A DNA stretch of 63,302 nucleotides, counting the filler, from Octopus bimaculoides (lineage: Eukaryota), in assembly GCF_001194135.2 (NCBI RefSeq). It is 6 parts of 6 records of this genome, joined end to end, with 100 filler letters (N's around TTAATTAATTAA, not from the genome) between each part and the next. Parts side by side here need not be neighbours in the genome. Positions count along the whole stretch, not along the records: positions 1 to 14,570 come from NC_068986.1; positions 14,671 to 22,185 come from NC_068982.1; positions 22,286 to 29,675 come from NC_068981.1; 3 more parts are not named here. One strand, written 5' to 3'. This document shows positions 12,130 through 25,722 of the stretch, in pieces. The notes beneath the pieces are model-generated. The model worked only from the letters and a program-made list of their open reading frames with translations, did not search any database and was not told where the DNA came from. Made by a program: the position numbers and the translations under genes. Position 1 is the first letter of the stretch; the number at the start of each line of letters is the position of its first letter.

Positions 12130-12660
12130 TAGTCTTCTCGTATTTCAGTTGATATTTATTGAAGTGGTGACATTTCGTGAAGATATCTGGTCTGATATTT
12201 AGACTGTCTGGCTCTTTTCAGTTATGTTACGCATAACCCGTAATTTTATGTACCATTTCGGCATATTCTTCTTTAGAGGATCTTCTAAGCGATGTCGAAC
12301 GCTGTAACTTTTTCTTTCAAATTCAAGATGTAGTAGAATAGCTTCGTTGCATTTCTATTTTCTGCTCTTTAGTTTACTTGACGTAATGTTTGGCTTAGTG
12401 ACAGTGGCTTCTGCCTTGTAAATAATCGTTTCAATTTTGTATGTCTAATTAAGGAGCGATTTATTGGTATCTCTGCACGTACAGCTGTAAGTAATATTAA
12501 GGTTATTTTTAATAAATACTTATATCTGTCAGTGGTTACTGGAGAAATATTGATTTGTTAAGGCTGAGGAGGTTTTAGCATTAATAGACTTCTAACATTT
12601 CTGGAGAAGGAAGATATTAACCGAATAGGAGACGCAACCACGTAATCGAACACTTTTGTA
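12130..12660 (-). mobile_element. Decayed Penelope-like element: RT C-terminus plus GIY-YIG region
   Basis: Manual translation: QYFSSNH...NNLNITYSC, CTCRDTNK..., ETIIYKAE, FYYILNLKEK...FDIA*KIL, LNIRPDIFTKCHHFNKYQL. These match the Penelope motifs HFPxNH..KxSYSC, CNC, IYKA, YIWxLK..IxWKI, LNxRxE..KCRHxNK. Confidence 0.75.
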
Positions 12661-14423
12661 TTCGATGACACATATTTTTTAGTGATACGATTAATCAGAC
12701 TTTTAAAACGTACACACAAACACACAAATCAAAATTTAAAAACGCAAAAGATTATGCATAACTGAAATTAGCACGTAACGCAGTACAATAATTCTGGCTG
12801 TTAGTGTAAAAATCTTGTTCGAATGAAATGAAGCGAACCTGATAGGTATGAGTTCGATTACTCCAAGTTGCATTGAACAACATATTTGCTTTTTGTGTTG
12901 TGTACATATTAGACGGTTCTGCTAATGTTTGAACTCGCTTTTAAGCAATTCTTTTTTCGTCCCTAATTTGTTGTCAAGCTGTTCATTCCCGACTACTCCA
13001 TACTTTTTATTGGTAATGTATTACAGAACTCGATTGCGCTTTTATACAGATTGAAGATTTAGAAGTAAGGATGAAATCAAGAACTATAATATAAAACCAG
13101 GAGGTCGTTGTTGGCACCTGCTTGTTAAGGTTATCTCAACAGATATTCAACTGAAATTATAACCATTTCGGATACGAAACGATGTAGCAAAAATCGAAGC
13201 TGGTTATAATTTCTGTTGAATATCCGTAGAGATAACCTAAACAGTAATGTGATAGCACTGCTAACACAGTAGAACACGGTATTGACTTATAAAGACGTTT
13301 AATCTACTTTATAGTATGCAATGATTGCATAACGAAATACTGCACACTTACAAGTCGTTAATAACTGTTGATAATTTGACTAGTACGATGTCTAATAGTG
13401 CATACAAAGCACATCATAAAAAGATACTCACACACACACACGCATGCATGCATACACAAACACACACATACACACACACGTATGCACACATGCAGATACG
13501 TACACACACACACAGAAAGGTACACACGTACACACTCGCACACACACTTACACACGTACAGAAACGCAAACACATACACACACAAAGACACATAAACACA
13601 CTGTAATCTGTCACAACCATAGATCGTTTCCACCGAGTTTCCATTTCTCGATTATCAGTCGAAGATCGGAAACGCGAAACTTGAAGTCATGATTTAGAGA
13701 ATTGCAGATTCCAATATAATTTAATTTATTAGATTGGTTTTAATGGAGAGTACTTCCGCTTTTCCTCCTTGTTCATACAAATGTGTTAAGTCATTATACA
13801 CACACATAAATGCATGCAAACAAATACATATATCAATTAAAGAACACAGTGTAAAAGCACGAGTTACTAACAGCTTCTTACTAACAGTAGACCTAAGCAG
13901 ATTTTCATAACATGCCTTGAGTCTCCAAACGATCTTTAAGCTCATATCAAGTTAGATTTGTGCACGCCGCACAGGGACACATAAATAATAGTCGATATAA
14001 ATGTTGAGTTAGAGACAAAGATATTGAGGATAAGTGCACATAGTAGGCTTGTTGGCAGACAATGAGTAAAGGAATGCTGCACATATACGCATAAGGACTC
14101 TGAAAGAGAAAGAATAACTGAAGCAGAAGGGGGAGTAAGATGAGAGAGTAGTTATGGTAGGAGTTAGACAAATGAGAAAATTGTTTTTGCAATTATTTTA
14201 GAGTAATAAATATTCTTCGTTTGGAAATTAGTATTCATTTCATCATTCTGTATAAACACCAAGAAATTGAATAAAAGTTAATTATAATTATTGTATGTAT
14301 GCCATATTTCCTGATATTAACCATGGTGGCAAATGTAGAACTTCCAAAGTTAGCCAGCATATGTCTGGTAACTCTAGTATATGTGCATGTACGCGTATGT
14401 GTGTGTGTGTGTGTGTGCGTATG

Positions 14424-14465
<42 letters not shown>

Positions 14466-14535
14466 CATACACAATGGTACTACCAACGGTAGCAGAAAAA
14501 TACATTGTTACATGTGTATGTGTATATATACATAC

Positions 14536-14570
<35 letters not shown>

Positions 14571-14614
14571 NNNNNNNNNNNNNNNNNNNNNNNNNNNNNN
14601 NNNNNNNNNNNNNN

Positions 14615-14626
14615 TTAATTAATTAA
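14615..14626. other. Artificial gap spacer TTAATTAATTAA within a 100-bp N join (also at 22230, 29720, 48622, 60930)
   Basis: The identical 12-mer has stops in all six frames and is embedded in N runs at five places. It marks scaffold joins, probably of unknown size. Confidence 0.9.
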
Positions 14627-14670
14627 NNNNNNNNNNNNNNNNNNNNNNNNNNNNNNNNNNNNNNNNNNNN

Positions 14671-14708
<38 letters not shown>

Positions 14709-14820
14709 TGCATATTAACACACACACAAACACACAAACACATATTTTCAGATAATCATAAATCCGAAAGGGAAGCACACTCTAAGTTATAGAGCAGTAG
14801 AGTATATAGATAAAGATAGA

Positions 14821-15095
14821 TATGGCTGGTCTAAGGGGTTACCCCGGGTTTCATGTCCATTAAGCGCTTAGCTTTACAGCATTTCTTCAGACCCTAAAAC
14901 CTATTGTCCTATGGCCTCTCTAGCAAGTGGACTCTCTAGAAAATGGAGGAGGCCATTTGCAAGAGAGGCCATTTGCAAGAGAGACCATTTGCAAGAGAGG
15001 CCATAGGCCAACAGATTTTAGAGTCTGAAGACACACTGCAAAGCTAAGCATTTTATGGACATGAAACCCAGGGTAATCCCATAGACTGGCCTACA
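14821..15095. repeat. Foldback element: ~105-bp imperfect inverted arms, three central 16-mers, hammerhead-like motif in each arm
   Basis: Arms 14821-14926 and ~14990-15095 are reverse complements at roughly 80% identity by eye. The centre carries (GGCCATTTGCAAGAGA)x3 at 14951-14998. Confidence 0.8.
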
Positions 15096-15239
15096 TACGA
15101 AGTTAATTGATTTGAGTGTGTCAGCTTACATATGAGTTGGTGTGACTAGCATGAGCAATAGTAAGCTGTAATCTCTATCACACTATAATTGTGCATTGAC
15201 CAGCTAGTCCTATGTTAGTATTTCTGGGTTATCTGTGAC

Positions 15240-16815
<1,576 letters not shown>

Positions 16816-17719
16816 GACTTTGGAAATTTGCTGCCATTATACACATGCACACACACATATACACACACATGCACATGTACATGTTCACACACACACACAC
16901 ATTGTATGTATGTGTGTATGTGTATACATATATGTACACATATGTGTATGCACATACATACACATGCATATGTATGTCATTGTTCAGTTTTATTTCATAT
17001 GTATGTATGTGTGTATGTATGTATGTATGTATGTATGTATGTATTATGTATGTATGTATGTATGTTTTCTTCTTCATCTTACTTTGTGTTTGATAACAAA
17101 AACAATGGAATCCAATATTGAGAAGAAACAATATTGAGAAGAAAGCTTCCCCCATTCAAAACACACCAAACTCTCCCCCCTAAACTATTTCGATTCACAC
17201 TTAACTAAACAAAAAAACTTGTGAGACATCTTTTTATTTGTTTTTGCTTTTTAATAATTTTTAAAAAAAAAACAATATTATTTGATGTTGATAACATTTA
17301 AATTACAATATATCTTCCCTTCTAACATTAAAACTTCTTTGAATTTTTTTCTTTAATTTTAATAGCCAAAACAATATATTGATTTCTGAAAACTTCAAAA
17401 GGTAAAGTAAAAAATGTGAAGTAAAATAAAACATGCTTTTCTTCATTCCAAAATTAATAAACCAAGTACCAGTAAAATACTGAAGGAAGGTGTTGATTAA
17501 AAATCACCTATAGTTTTAAAGGTGATGTCCCTCAAGGGTCACAGTTGAATAACTGAAATATAGATTAAAAAATATAGAAACACACATATCTCTCCCTCCC
17601 TCCTTCTCTCTCTTTCTGTCCCCTTCTAGTTTCTATCTCCTTATTTGTTTTTCTGTCTTTATACCTGTGTCTAACTCTTACTATTCACTCAACACCTGCT
17701 TCCTATAGTAAGATCTACA

Positions 17720-18010
17720 ATGTTCTCCCATACTTTAGATTGTGCTGCTGCTATGCACATGAATATCCTTGGCTGGCATCCAATTAAAGAAGCCATCAAA
17801 TTAATTGGCAATTACTTACTCGGCAACACACAACTTCTGGACCATAGAAATGCTGACTCCTCTCTGCCTATATTATCACCACTAAATAATTTCTGTTTCT
17901 CAGAACAATCTTGTTGAAACCAACTCCACCCTTAACCTCCATCACCAAAAGCTACAGCATCTAATTTTCCTTCTCTAGTATGTCAGCTCTGTGGAATTTT
18001 TTTTGTGACC
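17720..18010 (+). mobile_element. Possible decayed Penelope-type RT fragment
   Basis: AAMHMNI...IKEAIKLIGNYL...ILSPLNNFCFSEQ resembles SLYTNI...AI..L...IL..NNFxF. Confidence 0.35.
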
Positions 18011-18562
18011 AGCGTTTTCCAATATTTGTCTTCTCACCAGCTTCAAAATGCTTGAACAGTTTTCAAATGTTGCCCCTTCATCCTGTCTACACCACAAAAA
18101 AATAAATATTTGCTTTCTATTACAAAGCTCACCATACTTTCTAAATGCAGTCACACTGCAGTGACTTAGGTATTTGTCCTTCACATTTCAGTTACAACCC
18201 CCAATGACACAGCTACATTTACAGCTCAGTCACACGGCAATATCTCAGTTATTTACTCTTAACAACTGGATTGAACAGTTGTCTGCTCTTTACATCTGCA
18301 ACACATCTCAGTGACTCAATTATCTGCTCTTTAACTCTTAGTCAGTGCTTGTGACCAAATTAGCTGTCATTTACATTTCTGTCACACACCAATGACCCAG
18401 TTCAATGCTCTTTTATCACAGTCAAATCTCAATAGCCCAGTTATCTGCCATTAGCATCATATCTAAGTGACTCATTTATCTGCTCTTTGCAAATCAGATG
18501 CCTCATTTATTATGCTGACCTTAGACAATAAGACTAATTAATCTTTTAATTATAGAGAGACA

Positions 18563-18775
18563 TAAGGTGGCGAGCTGGCAGAAACATTAGCATGCCAGAT
18601 GAAATGCTTAGCGGTATTTCGTCTGTCTTCTGAGTTCAAATTCTACCGAGGTCAACTTTGCCTTTCATCCTTTCAGAGTCGATAAAGTAAGTGCCAGTTG
18701 CATACTGGGGTTGATCTAATCGACTAACCTCCTACTCCAAAATTCCAGGCCTTGTGCCTAGAGAAGAAAAGAATT
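18563..18775 (+). mobile_element. SINE family C
   Basis: Same head, B-box and central block as 8154; tail AGGCCTTGTGCCTAGAG. Confidence 0.8.
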
Positions 18776-19106
18776 ATAGAGAGACATTGACGACATATTT
18801 AACTAAAAAGTGTAGGTTAAATAATTCCCAATATTTTCAACAATAAAAATAATGCAAGTAGGGTTAATTTTGATGTTTAGGAAAACTATTAGGGTTTAAC
18901 TAATATTCAAAGTCATTATCCTTGCTAGCTCTGGCAGAGAATAATGTTTGCTAACCATAAATCTTTTAATTAATCATTCTACTTAAGCTTACTCTATTTA
19001 TTTCTGGTGTTGAAATTATTGCAAATAGGAAAAAACATTTCTTTTTCAACAAGGAATTTACTTTTTAATTAATTTCTTCTTTTCTTTATTAATATTACCA
19101 AGCTAT

Positions 19107-19325
19107 AAGGTGGTGAGCTGGCAGAAACATTAACGTTCTGGACGAAATGCTTAGCGGTATTTCGTCTCTCTTTACATTCTGAGCTTAAATTCTGCCACGG
19201 TCAACTTTGCCTTTCATCCTTTTGGGGTCAATAAATTAAGTACCCGTTGCATACTGGGTCGATCTAAACAACTGGCCCCCTCCACAAAAATTTCAGGCCT
19301 TGTGCCTAGAGTAGGAAAGAATATT
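19107..19325 (+). mobile_element. SINE family C
   Basis: Full-length match to the 18563 copy. Confidence 0.8.
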
Positions 19326-19524
19326 ACCAGGCTATCTTTGTGACACATCAATACTTTACATTCAACTGGTTGCTGATGAAGAGAATGTGGAACATTCTCT
19401 TCATCAGCTAATGACTGAAGATCACAATGATTTCAGCACATACCGACAGTATCACTTCTAGCTGTATTAACCAGTATTAATGCTATTAGAAAATGATTGG
19501 CTTTACCTCCTCCTCCTCCTTCCC

Positions 19525-19564
<40 letters not shown>

Positions 19565-20504
19565 GGTTTAGGATGAATGTACTTTGGAGTAAAGATTGTT
19601 TGCCAACATAACATGGCAGTCCTGGTCACTTTGAAAACTACATATTTCGAATGGGAATTTAGCAGCGCCACCTCTAACCGAACAATTATTCTGTGCTGAT
19701 AAAGAGAAATAACCCAGAAATCGCGATACACAGATATTGTTTTGAGCTGAGTTGGGGTGCTAGATTCCCTTGTTCAAAAATATAAAGACACAGATCGCGT
19801 TGTATAGCCAGCTGGAGACGATGTCTCCTGGAGCTAAATTGCAGCAACATTCATCCTAAACCAGGACTGCCATGTTATGTTGGCAAACAATCTTTACTCC
19901 AAAGTACTGTTGCTGAATATCTCTTGTGAGATTTACAGATAGTAATTTTCTAATGAAATAAATTGTATGTATGTGTGTGTGTGTGTAAATACATGTATGC
20001 ATTCATGCAAACATACATTTTTCTATTCATTCATTCATTCATTAACCATACTCTTCTCTTCCAAGCCAGTATGACATAGTAACATGTATCATGCTGGTAT
20101 TGATTGTTTTATGTAATTATGAGCAGAAATGCATACACTCTCAGCCTTCCTGTCATTGACTCAGGGAATACTTAGTACGTGCCAGCTGGAATGAGAAACG
20201 GCTGCACCAATAATGAAATGGTGCTCGTTTCACTTAAATAAACTGTGAAATTAAGTACTTTGCTTAACAATGCAATGTTCTTCCTAGACAAAGAATCAGA
20301 CCTATGATCTTATGATAATGAGCTTAGTCATTAAGCTATGCACCTTCACCATATGCATGTGTTGATGCATGTATATGTATGTTGAAATTGTGATGATATT
20401 TGCATGGCAACTGATGAAGGGTAGAGTTTGTTTGTGTTCATATGTGAGAAATTTATCATTTGTCTATAAATTTTTTTGTCATCCTTCTGTGCCACATTTT
20501 CTCA

Positions 20505-20536
<32 letters not shown>

Positions 20537-21589
20537 TGTGTGCACGCACATGTGTTCTTATGTGAAATTATATATATAAACAATTAAACATTAAACTGCA
20601 TGATCATTCAATTCTTTTCAGTAGAGTACATATTTAATTCCATTGGGAAAAGATTGACAGAAATTTTAAAGTTTCAGCTTGCCAGCAATTGTTACTCTGT
20701 AGTTTACTTTGGTCTTTCTGATTATACATAGTCTCTGGCAAAGTTTTCCTTTAGTAGGTGAAGTAATATGAATGATAATTACATATAGGGTCGGTAGACA
20801 TGAGAAGCTGTTATGTAGGAAAGGATTATAGAAACAGGCAAGAGGAAAATATATGTTTGTAGAGTGTGTTAAGAGAAAGGGTTTGTGGAGAAAGTTTTCC
20901 TTGCTTGAAAGTGGAAGTTTATTATTGTTTAATGTTCAGTCATGGGTGTAAGTAAAAGAGTAACCAGATGTGTCATTTTAAGGGTCACAATTTGCGGTAT
21001 TTTAAGTTTTTCTTGAGACTGACCAATATTCTTTGTATGTAAGGATGGCTTTGTGCTATGTTAGAGTCCAGAAAATAATGTTTACAGATAATACCTGTCC
21101 AATTTGCCACAGAGAATGGGTCAGCAAGAGGTCAAAATTGGTGTTGAAGTTGGTCAAAATTAGAGTTAGAAATCTTAAAGTGGTTATTTTTAAAAAGGCC
21201 TGATTAAAAAGATTATGTCGCAATAAAATATTTATTGAAGTACTCTAATATGTTTCTATCATAGCTATAAATATATAAAGGTGTATGTGTGTATGTATGT
21301 GTGTATGTGTGTGTATATATATATATATATATTTATAAAAAAGAAGTTTGAAAACGCCAATATATAAAAAATGAATTTTAATTTATGATCTTGTCAGAGA
21401 TATTTTTAACATGTTTCGGTTCTTGAAAATACGAACCTTATCAAAAATACATATTTAAAAAAATGAAATTAAATGAAAAGTTCATAATTGTTCCTTACTG
21501 ATGTCAACAGTCCACGTAGGAGCATTTTTTGTTGGTTGTAGTAGTAGCAGTAGTGACTGTGTTGGTAACCAATATATATACATATATAC

Positions 21590-21790
21590 CTATATATGTG
21601 AATGCTTATGTGTTTGTGTTTCTCCTCAATATCGTCTGACAGCTGATGCTGGTTTGTTTACGTTTACGTCTCCGTAACTTAGCTGATCATCTAAAAGAAA
21701 CCGTTAAAATAAGTTCCAAGCTTAGAAAGAAAGAGAATAATGGGATTGGTTTGTTAGACTAAACTTCTCAAGGCGGTGCACCAGCAAAGC
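21590..21790 (+). mobile_element. Degenerate 3' half of SINE family B
   Basis: GATGCTGGTTTGTTTACG...CCGTAACTTAGC...AAGGCGGTGC.CCAGCA matches the distal half of the 56567 copy. Confidence 0.6.
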
Positions 21791-21857
21791 CGAGTAAAAA
21801 AAGTAATATATGCACACGCGCACACGCACAAACAGGCAGACAGACAGGCAGACAGAC

Positions 21858-21906
<49 letters not shown>

Positions 21907-21963
21907 TGTATATATACATACACGCGCGCGCGCACGCAGAGACAGACAGACAGACAGACAGAC

Positions 21964-22024
<61 letters not shown>

Positions 22025-22285
22025 TGTATATATACATACACGCGCGCGCGCACACAGAGACAGACAACAGACAGACAGATAGATAGATAGATAGATAGAT
22101 ACATTTCTTTTATTAGCCACACAGGGCTCAATGAAGATGGGACAAATACAATGTAGAGCTTTTCTTTTGGGGAGGGGGAAGAAAANNNNNNNNNNNNNNN
22201 NNNNNNNNNNNNNNNNNNNNNNNNNNNNNTTAATTAATTAANNNNNNNNNNNNNNNNNNNNNNNNNNNNNNNNNNNNNNNNNNNN

Positions 22286-22351
<66 letters not shown>

Positions 22352-22944
22352 CGACACACATTTTATTATGTGTCTGGATATATTATACATATGGCATACC
22401 TACAGAAGAGTGCCCCACCGAATTTGTTTCTTTCTATGTTTAGGGAAAATGTTTTTTTTTTCAAATGAAAAATTGTACAAACATGCTTAAGTAAGATAGG
22501 AAAATGACAGCTGACCTCATAAATTCTGATGTGGAATACGTGAAAAAAAGGGAAAATGTGGGAATGAAATCTAAGCTATGGTTTCTATTCTGAAGGTATA
22601 CAAGGATTAAAACGAAAGTGATCTTCTACAGTTTCTGTTATGAAGGTAGGCAGCAAAAAAGATATAAATATAAAACGAATGTAAAATAATATTAATAAAT
22701 ACCTATAATAAATACCTATAATATTAATAAATACCTATAAATACCTATATGAAATACTGGAGCGTATTACAGTTATACGCCCCGCCACACATACGTTATT
22801 ATTTGTGTAGTTATATTACACATATGGCATAACTACAGAAACGTGCCCCACCATATTGTGAAATAAAATGAAGAAATATAATAATCCTATAAAAATTATG
22901 TCCCTTGGGCAGGTTATTTATTTTCAATTTGGTTTAATTTGGTT

Positions 22945-24250
22945 TCCTAGCAATCCTCTTCAAATCGTGCAAACAGGCCCTGGTTAAACCACACAGATTC
23001 TCTTCCAGAGTTTTCTTGCAAATGGTAAGCTACCAAGCAAATTGAAGGAGGGAATAATGAGCCCAATCCATAAAGGAGGAAGCAGAGCAGATGCCAAAGC
23101 TTATAAGCCTATCTCTCTGACTTCACACATCAGGAAAGTCATAGCAAATTAACGAATAGTCAGAGCGAAACTAATCGTATTCCTTGAAGAAAACGACCAG
23201 CCTGGTTTACGACCAGGTTGGAGCTGCCTGACACAGCTCCTACATCACTATGACTAGGTGTTGAAGCAGTTATTCGACAACTAAAATGTGGATGTAATAT
23301 ACCTTGACTTTGCAAAAGTTTTTGATAAAGTTGATCATGGTATGATATGCTACATACTGCGCAATTTTGGCATAGCTGGAAAACTTAGGAAGTGGTTACA
23401 TGACTTTTTGAAAGGTAGAAGTTAGGCATTGGTGGCCAATAGAGTCACCTCAAAGGAAACACAACTAGTGAGTGGTGTTCCACGGGGCACTTTCCTGGGA
23501 CCACTGCTTTTCATAGTGGCCCTCTCAGATATGCCCTCATCTGCCCGGATAGCCACCCTTGCTACTTGCGCAGATTATACGAAAGTCTCGTAGAAAATAC
23601 AAAACCCTAGCGATGTTGCACACCTGTAGCAAGAGTTGGACTCAATTTACAGATGAGCTGAGGACAATAATATGTAGTTTAATGCCGGAAAATACCAAGC
23701 CCTGCGCTACTAACACCCAAAACTGAACGAAAAACTTACAGGGTACACAGTCCTAGAGGGGAATACAATCCCAGAACCTAAATCAGTGCGTGACTTGGGT
23801 ATCGACATGAACGATGATACCTCTTTCGAAGTTCACATTACCAAGATGGCAACAAAATACAGACCACTGGATGGATCCTGAGAACCTTCAAAACCAGAGA
23901 AAAGGAAACTATGATGGTCCTCTTGAGAATATTTGTCCACAGTTGCCTGGACTGCTGCTCCCAACTATGGTCAGCCCACAGTGTAAAATTACCAGAGGAC
24001 CTTGAAGCAATCCAGCGAAGCTTTGCAAAGAAGATCGTCTTATTGTAACAACTCAGCTACTGGAATATACTGAAACAGCTAAGACTCTGCTCTATGGAGC
24101 AAAGGCAGGAGAGATATGCAGAAAATCCTGGAAGGGATTGTACAAAAGTTTGGCATTGAAAGGTACACAAATGCCAGAAAGTGTCGCCACTGCACAGTGC
24201 CAAAGATTCCAACAATGCCATCACGCTCCACGACCAGTTACTGCAACAGC
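22945..24250 (+). mobile_element. Decayed CR1/Jockey-clade LINE ORF2 (RT through C-terminus)
   Basis: GGSRADAKAYKPISLTSH; QPGLRPGWSCLTQLL; VDVIYLDFAKVFDKVDH; SGVPRGTFLGPLLF; CADYTK (for YADDTK); VRDLGI. Multiple stops are present. Confidence 0.9.
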
Positions 24251-24394
24251 CTGGGTTTCAGTCGTTGATCATAGTTCTTCACAAAGAAAGACGAACTCTA
24301 ACTATGCCAGAATTACCGTATCATCGTAGCAAGATTAGTCATCCTAAATAGACCAAAACTTAAATCAGAAAATATTTTTGCTGAAAAACAGTTT

Positions 24395-24680
24395 TCGGTA
24401 AAAGTACATTGTTGAGCTGGTCTTCAACCTTCGCACACTGTTAGAAATACCTTCGGTGTAAACTATACCTATATCATGTCTCCAAAGACTTTAAAATGGC
24501 GTTTGAACGAGCTGGCACAATGCCCTGTGGACTACAATGAAAATATTCAACATGGATTTGAACTAACAGCTGTACACCAAGCAGCCATTGTAGTACTCAT
24601 TCAACGTACTAGCGAGGATTGGTTCCTTATAATCGTCAGAGACCGTGAGGAACCAACGTCCCCACTCTCTTAACCTTTTG
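24395..24680 (+). mobile_element. Decayed RTE-clade LINE RT fragment
   Basis: VFNLRTLLE; LYHVSKDFKMAFER; ALWTTMKIFN; EDWF. Confidence 0.65.
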
Positions 24681-25317
24681 GAACATATTATGAGTTTAAT
24701 ATGTGGAAAAAGTCAGCATTGGTGGAAGAATTATCATAAGTTTCCTTTCTTTTGATGTCATTGGGGTGTGTATGTATAAACATATACATACATATTTGTG
24801 TTCTCTCGTGATAATTCAAGCACCCTAACTGATGTATCTCTCTTTTTTCTGCAAGGAAGAGTGCATTTTGATAATTTACATACGTAGAGAAGTTATGATG
24901 AGTGAATTTGACAGTAAAAGTTGAGAAATAAATGTTTAGAGTTCATTTCTTCATGAAACTAGAAAAAGAATCAGTTTTAATAGGCAAGAAAAAATGTCAT
25001 TTAACTTCCGACAATTTTGCAACAATGTGTAATAGAAAATTTATGCTCCAAAGAAGCAATTATATTACTCGTTTCAATTCTGAAATGTTCTGTTCAAGAG
25101 GTCGCATAATGTTTAATGACAATGTTATATCAGATAATGTCATTAATAATATACTCTCCTATATATATCTAAAGGAAATTCAAACAACTAATATAGCCAT
25201 AATGTGAAATGTACTTTTAACACGGCTGTATGTTTACGTCAGGAGATAATCAATTAAGCCAGGAATGGCAATAAGTATTTCGTTTAAAGACAGATTCACA
25301 ATAATAATAATAATAGT

Positions 25318-25722
25318 TTCAGATTTTGGCACAGTGCTAATAAATTTTGGTGGGAAGAGGAAGTCTATTACATCAGCTCCAGTACTTGACTAGTGCCTAT
25401 TTCATCGATCCCGACCGGAAGAAAGCAAAGTCGACCTCGGCGGAATTTGAATTCAACGTCAAGACGGAAGAAACCTTTCTAAGCACTTTGCCCGGCGTCC
25501 TAACTGTTCAACTACAGACATAAGGCCTGAAGTTATTGGGGGAGTGGGGTTAGTTGATTACCTCGATCCCGGCAGTCAACTGGTAGTATTTTATCGACCT
25601 CGAAAGCATCAAAGGCAAAGTAGATCTAGGCGGAATTTGAGCCCAGAACAAGAAGACGGACGAAATGCCGTTAAGCATTTTGTCCAGCGTAGTAACAATT
25701 CTACAAATTCGTAGCCAGTTCA
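25318..25722 (-). mobile_element. Two tandem SINE family C copies
   Basis: Two successive reverse-complement matches to the family C central block and head (GCAAAGTCGACCTCGGCGGAATTTGA; GCAAAGTAGATCTAGGCGGAATTTGA). Confidence 0.75.

Noticed and set aside
13147-13190. Other hammerhead-like strings (13147-13190, 13620-13660, 11775-11835, 11990-12010)
   Set aside because: Each has several core mismatches or no consistent helix I/III; not supportable.
20680-21110. Possible further Penelope/GIY-YIG relic on the minus strand; also a possible LINE C-terminus at ~1730-1850
   Set aside because: The motifs are too degraded to translate convincingly.
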